The notes beneath the pieces are model-generated. The model ran no database searches, was not told the origin of the DNA, and saw nothing but the letters and a program-made list of their open reading frames with translations. A DNA stretch of 63,482 bases, the filler included, from Phoronis australis (lineage: Eukaryota > Animalia > Phoronida): NCBI GenBank assembly GCA_002633005.1. It is 10 parts of 10 records of this genome, joined end to end, with 100 filler letters (N's around TTAATTAATTAA, not from the genome) between each part and the next. Parts side by side here need not be neighbours in the genome. Positions count along the whole stretch, not along the records: positions 53,392 to 55,665 come from NMRA01001210.1; positions 55,766 to 60,047 come from NMRA01002634.1; positions 60,148 to 63,482 come from NMRA01001456.1; 7 more parts are not named here. One strand, written 5' to 3'. Position numbers and translations under genes: made by a program. Shown here one piece after another: positions 53,666 to 63,482 of the stretch. Position 1 is the first letter of the stretch; each line of letters begins with the position of its first letter.

Positions 53666-56600
53666 TGTCGTTTGTTACTTGTCTTGCTGGTACATTCGTA
53701 TTGACGATAAAACTCCTTCTAATTTCGACTAACATACTAACACATACCCTAACATACTAAAAACAGCATGACTGAATCCAAATGACGATTCTGTGTGCAT
53801 GCTGAATGCTGTTAACTGAGTTCCTCTGCAGATGCCATAACCAGGTGGAGCTGAGCAGTGGTTCCCTTGATCGATTACACCCGTGGCATGGAGAAGGACT
53901 TTTCAATTACATTGATTATTCAAGTATCAAATGGAAAACAACAACTGATTTCTCAATTGTTTGTAAATTTTATTATTCCACGGTTTTGTTTATTTACTCG
54001 CTATACTCACACAACAACGATACGTTGAGACCCCTGGATTACCAAGACGGAAGATGGAGAATGGAAGAAGAAGAATGATCACAAACGAAGACTAAAATTA
54101 AGAATGTAATATAATTTTGCTTGCGATTCATACTGAATTGGTATAAATAGAGTAGATCTCTATGCTATGAAGGGTCACAAGTCTAAAGGCAAATCATCTG
54201 ACAATTGAATATATTTCTAAAAGAGCCCTTTAACCCCGAGGGTTCACAAATCCGACAGAAAGAAAAGATAGTTAGTTCGAAGCTAGTCGGAAGGTCTATT
54301 ATACCTGAAACCAGTGATTTAGCCATCGACAGGAAGCATCAAGATTGTAGTGGTGGTAAACAAATATTTGAAAATGTAAATAGATGCAACATCTCTGCAC
54401 ATTGCCGAATATTGTTTTGATCCTTCCGACAGGCTCTCAGGGTTCCATAAAGTAGTTACAAATAGGCACGTGCATATAAATACCCGAAGCTTCTTCTCCA
54501 AACAACATTTCAAAATCTTGATACATGAAAGTTCTAACTTTTAGCTTCGGACTGGTGCGTACTTTCGAATTTATAGATTTTTGGACGTTTAAGCTTTCAG
54601 AACAATGAATACCTTGAATTCACACCTTCTGCTCACACTCTTTCTCACTCGTATATTTCAATTCAGCTCATACGATTTCACTGCCTCCAAGGGGTTGACT
54701 TCGTTTGAATTTTATTGTAGGTTTTTAGAGACTATGCCACATTTCTTTGAACCACTGGACTGACTAATATACCACTAGCATGCGGCATGCGGGATTTGAC
54801 GTCGCGAACAGTGGGATGAAACCACAGGACCACTTACACGAATGACACCATAGCCAAAAATTATGGTGCCATTGAGCAGTAAACAACCTGGAAGTTACAT
54901 GCATTGACCGTATGTGCATTCTAGGACCCATCAATTCACACCTGGTATCAGGGCAAAATCAATTATTTCTCAAAAACCGTAAAATTTAGCTTAGGACAAA
55001 AAGCACATTTATGGTAAAACAATGGTATCAATAACTAAATCGAATTTAATTTAATGAAGGTATTCCAGAAGTCATCTCAGAACTCTGTTAAATTTGTAAA
55101 ATATGCTCTTATCATTTTCGTTTTCTGAACGGTGTTTAAATCATAGTATTTGAAAGTTTTACATCAATGTGAACTGTCATCTCTGAGATACAAACGTTAG
55201 AGAAATGTAGACGTTCTTTTCTAGGGTCTTACAGGCTTCGAACAACGAAGACCATGGCCTTGCCACCACTGGCAGTGAACCAAAGATGTTGGTGAACCAC
55301 GAACACAAAATAACACCAGAGTGGAAAAGGTAAAAACGTCTCGCAAGCTGGTTCTTCCTTGAGGGCGCGCGCCATAAGTTGCTGTCTTACCGATTCATGA
55401 AAGACGACAGGGGTGTATAGCTTTTGTTATTTATAATATTTTAGTCTGGGTGGCACTTGCAGTTACAGTTCTCCACCTATGACAATTGTGTGGTGTCCGG
55501 GTCGCGTCGTTGTAAAATATTTTAAGTTTTGGCTGTATTTTACTGGTACTCTGGGTTGTAGGTCCTACTCAGGTTTTAGTGTTTGGTTCGTGATGACGCA
55601 CATGTACTTTAAATGGATACACCTCTCCATCCACCAAATCTATCACCATTCGCTTGCACCACACGNNNNNNNNNNNNNNNNNNNNNNNNNNNNNNNNNNN
55701 NNNNNNNNNTTAATTAATTAANNNNNNNNNNNNNNNNNNNNNNNNNNNNNNNNNNNNNNNNNNNNGTTCGTTGAACACGCGATTATTGCGCGAGCTCATT
55801 TAAGTATTCTATTTTCACGTTCGATGACGTCAGTTGCTGAGTGGTCCAGTGGTTAATTCGATTCTAAATTCTTGCGAAGCGAGCTCGAAACCGGCTTCGA
55901 TTTCTCGCCAAAGTGTTATTCAACGCGCGTTGAATAATTAAATGCGTTATTTAGCGGTTGTATTAACCATGTCACAGGCTGATGATGTGGTATAATTGAC
56001 ACGACGCCCCTCGGGCGACAGTTCTCCAAAATCCACTCGGGCTCTAGATTACCGGAGATAACGACCTCGCCATGTAATAATCTATATTTACATAAAAGTA
56101 GAACGGAAAAAAATAATGTCAGTTGATATAATTTGGAGTTCGATTTCGAGTACAAAGGTTAGACCCCGGACTCTGGGCCTGTTTCATGAAAAGTGATTAA
56201 AGTCAGAAATTTGTCTTACGCTCTACCCAAGTATTTCTGAAAAATTGAATAGTAAAAACAAGAGGTTGTGCCTCATATCGATATTTCGATATTATCCAAT
56301 ATCATCATCAGGATTATAGTCATTACAAAGCTTCAGGCGTCAGTGGCCAAGATGTGACAATAAAGGAAATGTATAATTCGTGTGATTGACTGTGATTACC
56401 AAACCACACTTTCGCATAGAGGAATTGTTCACGAAAACAATTACGTCACAGCGAAACACTTTGTGCGAAACCAAAATTAATAGGATACTGAACCCCGAAT
56501 TTTACTTTTACGCCAGCTTAAGTCTTAAATGTAACAAAAATGCATGCCCTGAAAACACTCGTCAATCCTTTAAATTTGAGTTCAAGTTCGACAACACCTT

Positions 56601-56903
56601 GCAAAATATGCCAAATTGACAAGCGCTACTAACGCTTCGGCCGAGTTAATAGACGACTGTGGCGAGAGGGGGCGCATATCGAACTGTCGAATCCATTTTG
56701 TAACTCAGCAAGGTCTGAGTTGTAGCTAAACAGTGCTTTCATAGTTCTAGGGAAGTTCTAATTACACAACAACAGGTGGCGGAAACAGTTTTGAGTAACT
56801 TCGTCAAAACAGGTTTAGTATACCTTTAAGCATTTCTCTCTCTCGGGGGTTTCATGACTGAAGTTATGTCGGGAGAAGAATAAAATTAACTGACCACTAA
56901 TCC

Positions 56904-57054
56904 AGCCTCCCGTTCAGTAACGCTATTTCCTCGGCAAGACTTCGCGAGATTACGTGAGATATTGCCATGTTTTTTGAAATGAGAGCACGTGACTTTGGCT
57001 AGATTTTAGCTAGGTCCTAGCGTAGGTCCTAGCGCTACTGAACGCACTCCAGGT
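56904..57054. mobile_element. ~150-bp MITE with CGTTCAGTAACGCTA inverted ends
   Basis: Inverted terminal motif. A second copy lies in opposite orientation at 61977-62134. Confidence 0.75.
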
Positions 57055-58505
57055 CTAATAATCGAGCACATGAATCATTAGATAGACAGACAGACTTTCA
57101 GTCACATAACCTTCCCTACCTCCGTTGGTGGGTAGTTCTCATCGCGAAAGATTGAATTTGTTTTGTAGGTTGAATCCGACCCAAGGTTGAGCATGAAGAA
57201 AGCCTTTGCAATTCTTGTCGTTGCGCTCTTGTTGAATTACACTTGCGCTGGTAAGTCGAAAACAAGCTTCTAGGACAGTCAGGCTGTGTAAATCGCACGC
57301 GAACTAGAATGGAAATAGTGTTATCTGTACTATTCACATCTTGCACGCAGTTCGTGGCTCCTTATCGAAAAAATCCACTAGCTCTGTCATGGGCGGCGCA
57401 GCACTAAAAAAAGTGAGGGATATAGCCCCCACCCCCCAGCCCCCTATGGTGCGCCGCCAATGTCTGTGCGAAAAAAGCATCATGTCCAGTATTCAGTAAG
57501 CCTTCTAAATCCATTGTCAGTACACATGTTGGACTCACAATATTCCTTAAAGGAATAGGATTCCATTTTCGTTACGAGCTCAAGACAGTGCCAATGCGTG
57601 AGTACCACCATGCTGCCATAGACAACGCGCATAGTTGATATTTGTAATTTGTAGTTTAAGTTATGTAGCATTTTATGATACCTACTCTCAAAATGTCTGT
57701 AAGGACTCGTCATACTCGAATTTTGCGCGACTGCCCGAACTCGTCATGAGCAAATGTACGGTTTCGCATTGAGTCAGAGGTGTTTTCAACTTATCGTTGT
57801 CGTCTAATTATGCATCAATGCCTGCAAAAAGTGGCTCATTCATGTACATATAAACCAGTATCTTGATAAATAATGTCAAATGACTCTGCAATCGGGTTCC
57901 CGGCCAAAAACTTGCTGTCCCGACTCACTACACCAACTATATCTCCCAGAAATAACTGAGACTTGTTGGTTTCGATGACGCAAACTGCGTAAATTGCCCA
58001 GCACTAAACTTCACAGATTAGCCGACTGTTGCAACGACTTCGAACTGGAGGAAATATCTAGAATTCTAATAAAAACAGACCGCAAGGTTTGTCGCGAGAA
58101 TGACTCATTATACCGATTTCCACATTTGGCATGTAGGACCGCTCATCTTCTTGAATTTCTTCACTGCCAGTTCATATCCTTCTTAGAGGGACTAACTCTT
58201 CCAATCTCAGTGACAAAATGCCACATATTTTGTATATACATTCTTTCAACTCCAGTCCCAGATGGGGGTGGGGATTTGTTAAAATATTTGTCCCTAATGC
58301 ACTAATGGCGGAGAAGGTCCTGCCCTAGCCTATCCGACAGGATAAGATAGGATGTAAATGGACAACAACAACAAAATTGTTGCAGCTACTAGTAGTACTA
58401 CTAACCCCAATCATAACAAAGTTAAAGATGCTATGTCTCATTAAATTGTGAATACGCAAATGAAGTACTAGTTTACAAACAACCACGGTGTACCGGCGGA
58501 AACCA

Positions 58506-59360
58506 TCCGAAGGTTCACTACTCCAAAGGCTCACCACTCCGAAGGTTCACTACTCCGAAGGTTCGCCTCCTTCGGAAGTTCACTACTTCGAATGTCCACA
58601 ATTCCGAAACCAGAACTCCGACAGCTCATTGCTCTGATTGTCTACTAGGCCTATATGAGTAGGAACTGACATGAGTAAAGTATTATATTTGTGTCCATTT
58701 AGTAACCACTTAAAGGGTGTGCAAGCGCTGGATATTGTTTACCATCGAACTCAGTTCCAATCACTGCCAATCTAACTAAAGTCTCATTCTCAATTAGAGA
58801 CAACATCTGGGGCACGGGTCTGGGCTGCGGCGACCGACTGCGGTTTTAAATTTAAGAAGATTGGATGAGACTTTCGTGAAGACTGGTAGGGACAGGGTAG
58901 CCTGCTACTGACTACATTTAGTTTCGACCCGGCCGTGCGAGTAATTCCGGTGGGCGGTGAGAATGAGGTGCAGCTGCCCTTGCCTTTCCAATCCAACCAT
59001 GAGATGATGCGATCTTGACATGGATTTGATGAATGTATCGTGGTTGATAATTAAGCGATACACCGACTTCATATTCTTTTAGAACTGCAAGTACATGTAC
59101 GTACTCACTTTTACGTATTCGAAAGACATGTGGGCAATTTCGCATGCGCATGAAATCCAAACAACGTGATTTATTACCCGGGCGTTGTTTTCGGTATAGT
59201 TTCATCTATTAACCGAAATGTCGTTTATTTTTGTACGTAAAACTATAACAATTACACCTGAGTCAGAAAGTTTAGATATTTTCGGAGCAGTGAAATTTCG
59301 GAGTAGTGAACCTCCGAAGTAGTGGACCTTCGGAATAGTGAACCTTTGGAATAGTGGGCT
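58506..59360. mobile_element. Foldback-type element with inverted arms of tandem 16-mers (CTCCGAAGGTTCACTA)
   Basis: About 7 degenerate units at 58506-58625 and about 5 reverse-complement units at 59281-59357. Confidence 0.6.
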
Positions 59361-59688
59361 GTTCCCATTTCCAACGATGTACGCAATGAGAAACGCGCAA
59401 AAATGCAATCACGTGAAAACTTATGTCAAGTCATTATTCAACTAAATATTTCCGTCCGAGTATGTAATAAGGTGTAATCACATGCCGGATTTGAAATTTG
59501 GCAGGAGGGAACGCGAGAACGTTCCATTTATGGACCAAATTACATCCGAATTTGAGTCCCGTTCTTTGCGAGCAGCCGTCACGCCATCCTCATTTGTGGT
59601 ATTACGAATTCCGTCATATCTCAGGAACATAGAACTGAGAGCCATCGTTGCCGTGCATACAAATTTCCCTTCCCAATGATGAAGCTGT

Positions 59689-59728
59689 GTTTTCGGTAAG
59701 GCCCTGAGGGCCTTACCGAAAACTCTAG
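59689..59728 (+). mobile_element. Probable Helitron 3' terminus
   Basis: Perfect hairpin gttttcggtaaggccc-tga-gggccttaccgaaaac followed by CTAG|T. Confidence 0.5.
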
Positions 59729-61203
59729 TGTTGACGCCTTTGTGCAAAATATCAAAGGTCTACCTTTCTAGAAATTCGAACCACCCCCTGCAATGCTGGC
59801 TACGGGCCTGCAAATTTCTCAGTTCTCACACTTTCTCATATTCCTGTTTAAGTCTTTGTTGTCCGTCTTTCAAATTTGGTTCATCTTCATAGCCGAACAG
59901 GTCAATGTCACCACCAGTTGTAGTTTTCCCGACATTTACCTTCTAGCCGTCAAAGCTCAATTAACACGCATTGGCTTTGGGTGCGACATCAACAAGTTCA
60001 TGAATAATTCCAGGAGTTATAGACTTATCCACTGTTGACGTAGGCAGNNNNNNNNNNNNNNNNNNNNNNNNNNNNNNNNNNNNNNNNNNNNTTAATTAAT
60101 TAANNNNNNNNNNNNNNNNNNNNNNNNNNNNNNNNNNNNNNNNNNNNTACTGCTGGTTTTTCACAAGACGGAAACGTACCTCCACGGAAACAGTTCCAGT
60201 GTTACCATGGTAACCGATATTGCAGTGTCGGTGCCGTTTTTACTGACATTGATCATGAACCTATCATGTGATATCAAAATTGTTCAGAAACGATTCTGTT
60301 TGAAGCAGAAACTGGAGTAGAAAATTTGGTAAACTTGACTCATTCCACACCCAGAAATTGCCTCATTTTGCCCCCCAGAACACTTCCCTTGTATGGCCTA
60401 AACCACCAAACTTTGTGGTGTCATACTTCACCCATTTTCTCTCATCCCTAATGTGATTTATCAGACTAAACACGGATCTGAATGGCTGACCCCCCACCTT
60501 GCCGCTTGTTGGCTGTATTGTGGTCGGTGGATCCGTGGACTGATACTTAACACGCTTTTCTCTTGCTCAAGGAAAGAGTGCCTTCTGTACTGTATGTTCT
60601 GGCGTGCTTAAAGCTAGTGTACGCAACACTGTAAAAGTTCCACAATCGACATCCTACAATGTTTTGAAACTAAGCACGTCTGTGCAAGTTTCAAAATCAC
60701 TCCTGCTTTAGCTTGAATTTAAGCACATATAATAAGATCTAAAGATGTACAACTTTGAATGAATGCCTGACTAAATTATTCACATCAAGTGTGAGGGTTC
60801 TAAATACTAAATTCTTTGCCTTTATATGGTAGAAATCTTTTCTGGCACGTTTGGTTTTCATTATAGTGTAACGTGATAAGGGGCATGGGATCACTTTGAT
60901 GGACTTTTTCCTATATTTTTGACAATCTGTTATGGATTTTGCATCATTGCCTAGTTGAAATTGCATAGCATTTTATCAGAGATGTTCTCAGTAATGATAC
61001 TTTTTATGCTTTGCTGTTTTGCTTATGGCTTTTTCTTATAGCTTATTGTTTTTCTTTAAACAATAACTAAAAGCTGGTCACAAGCAATGGTCATTTATCA
61101 ACGTCAACATGTAGGTCCCAACGTCACATTGACGGTGTTGTACAATAAATGAATGTAAAGCGTGTGCGAAGTGCAGTAACATGTGTATTATCAAATGCAT
61201 GTT

Positions 61204-61827
61204 TCCAACTCAAGCTGGTTTATGTTCGTGCCACTCCCGGCGGCCGTGAGGGACCTTATCGGGTTCCGAGCCACTCACTGGTCAGGATAACGAGTCAGTC
61301 CAGCCGCGACAGGCCTGATCAGGATCCGAGCCACTGGCCGGGATAACAAGCGTTTTGTGTGTTTAGAACTCAAAAAATTACAAGTTTAGGTTCTCTTGTC
61401 TGTATTTCACGGAAGAAAAGTTCGAATTTATCTCCGAACAGATCCCAAACTCCAGCTGTGAACCTTGTTAAATTGGCCTGCCGAACTTTGTATGCTACGG
61501 TGTGTCCAAATACCAATAAATCCGTAACAGCAAAATAAACAACACGTTTTTACAAGAACTAGGTGTATTTTTAAGGGTTTTACATCAAAGTTTGATGATT
61601 AATTGGGAGTTAAAAGATGAATTCAAGCGATAAGCTGACACCAGTAACCCGTGTTTTGAACTCCTGAACAGACTGCGTATGAAACCAATGACGTCATTGT
61701 ATAACTTCAACATCTCCGTCTGCCGTCAGGTGTCAGGTAACGCAACCGAACGTGCCGTTATCGAGTAGAGCTTCTCGATCTAAATTGATACAAAATAGGT
61801 TGTTTTTTGGGCGGCATGCTCCTTTAA
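61204..61827. mobile_element. Kolobok-like terminal region, second copy
   Basis: Homologous to 8479-9035 and ends in ctcctttaa. Confidence 0.65.
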
Positions 61828-61976
61828 AACAGTAATTGAGGTGCCGCCTGTCCGTACATCCGTTACTGTTAAGATCGAAGAAACGTCTTAGGCTGCTTCC
61901 TATCCGGAGCAGCATGTCTATGCCTGATACACATGTCACGTGGTCATCAACTACTCGTGTACCGACGTCTGACAGT

Positions 61977-62134
61977 CCTGGCGTGCGTTCAGTAACGCTA
62001 GGACCTACGCAAAGACCTAGCTAAAGTCTAGCCAAAGTCATGTGATCTCAATTAAAATACACGTCAATACCTCACGTAATCTCGCGAAGTATTGCTTTTT
62101 AGGGAGAGTCTAGCGTTACTGAACGGGAAACAGG
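61977..62134. mobile_element. MITE, inverted copy of 56904-57054
   Basis: cgttcagtaacgcta...tagcgttactgaacg, with matching internal sequence. Confidence 0.75.
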
Positions 62135-63482
62135 TTGTACATCACTCACCCTAGGCTCGCGCTAGCTGCTCGCCAGCTCATCATTGGCCATAGTAGAACT
62201 AAGTCCATTCGCCAACTTGGCGAATGCTTTCCCAAATGACAATAAAAATTATTTTTGTGTCGACTCCCAGTCAGCTCGAATAGAGTCGCGACGTGTTACC
62301 AACAGTGTCTAAGTTTTTAGTTGACTGTTGAGACAATGCTTAGCGCACAGTATTATCTTGTTTTGCTATTTTTGTTCTCAGACAGGTTGCTTTGTATTAC
62401 CATTGCCATCACAGACTCTATATGCAGAGGGTACTTTCAGAAGTGGTAGCCACATGGTGGTCAAGGCCGTGGGCAGGCCCAAATTGTCTCAACGTTCCAA
62501 ATTATCACAACTTCAAAACTGGCAATTTGGGTCAGGGCTGCAGATGCAAACTATATTTATACCAAGTTATGAAAGTGCTGTGTTAAAAAAACTCTAATAG
62601 ATGTTTTGGTAACACGTTTGTCTGTTGTTTCTTTGTCGAGGCTCTATTGTGTCAGTGTTTCGCACTTCACTTTTCGTCTTTGTGTGTCTATGACTTTTTG
62701 ATTAGCTCAGAACTTTGTATCGCCACGTGTGATTATTCCGCTGTAAGATGAAGGAAAAACGTACCGAATGTTTGTTCTTTTAATCTTTGTTACCTTACAG
62801 ATTTAAACTTATAGTGGGAACTCTAGATACCGAAACAATTCTCAGCGGATAATCCTTTATCAGAAATCACGATGTACAGCTTAAAATGCCAGTAACAAAT
62901 ATTTGAGAAAGGTCAAGGTCATTGAGTCTATGTTACATCCTTTAACATTTTACATAATTATTACGGGCTCTGGCCATGACACCTCATTATGTCACCACCT
63001 CTGCAGTAAATATCTCTAAAGACTGTCCACCTGCAGATATTTGAATGCAGGCATAACAGCGTTTATGTATACGTAGACTCTTATGTTCAACTAAATGGAA
63101 TTGTGACGTGTTACCTTCACGCAAGTTATATGATATTCATTATCTCACAAACTGAGCTAGTTACACACTTATCCAGAAAATTCATGTCATGATTTTTCGC
63201 AAAAAAAGGTTTATGCAGCCATCTTTTCGTGTGGCTGCTCAAGCAAACATTGTCAACAATAGGCTAAAGCGCATTGCTGCTGAACTAACTTCACAACTTT
63301 CAGGAAGAACCCCAAATATGAGAAGTTTTCATAACCCATGCGTTATATATTTTTAGTTACATGTTACACTTTGATGTAGTGAATTCTAGTGAAAGATATG
63401 GTCACTTTTTTGTAATTTATTTTGGCACCAAATACGTGCTCCAGAACTTTATATCCATCACTACTTCCACTCCATCTCATTC

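Noticed and set aside
55835-55910. tRNA-like sequence
   Set aside because: An A-box-like tggtccagtggtt is present, but the B box and stems are too degenerate.

Overview
This is eukaryotic, AT-rich invertebrate DNA, probably lophotrochozoan or molluscan (an inference from the U2 sequence, repeat types and intron-rich genes). It is not one locus. At least ten unrelated contigs are joined by artificial 100-nt linkers (N44-TTAATTAATTAA-N44). The supplied ORF track uses non-ATG starts and ignores splicing, so most of its ORFs are not genes. Spliced genes found: strumpellin/WASHC5 (minus, 5 exons, one GC donor), adenylosuccinate synthetase (plus, 5 exons), WSB1-like (plus, 2 exons), a tandem two-exon VWA-domain array (minus) and a candidate secreted PAN/Apple plus Cys-rich protein. 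The most striking segment is 24356-32838, a ~1.85-kb tandem U2 snRNA array. Its spacer is built from an antisense Tx1-type ORF1 zinc-knuckle relic. The array begins with an inverted, rearranged U2 and ends where a 5'-truncated Tx1/L1 ORF2 replaces U2 directly behind an intact U2 promoter. Also present: a decayed Kolobok-like transposon (THAP plus a P2X7-ballast-like gene), several LINE relics, MITE families, tRNA-derived SINE heads, a complex satellite and a probable Helitron 3' end. All protein family calls come from motif recognition by eye; no database search was run.
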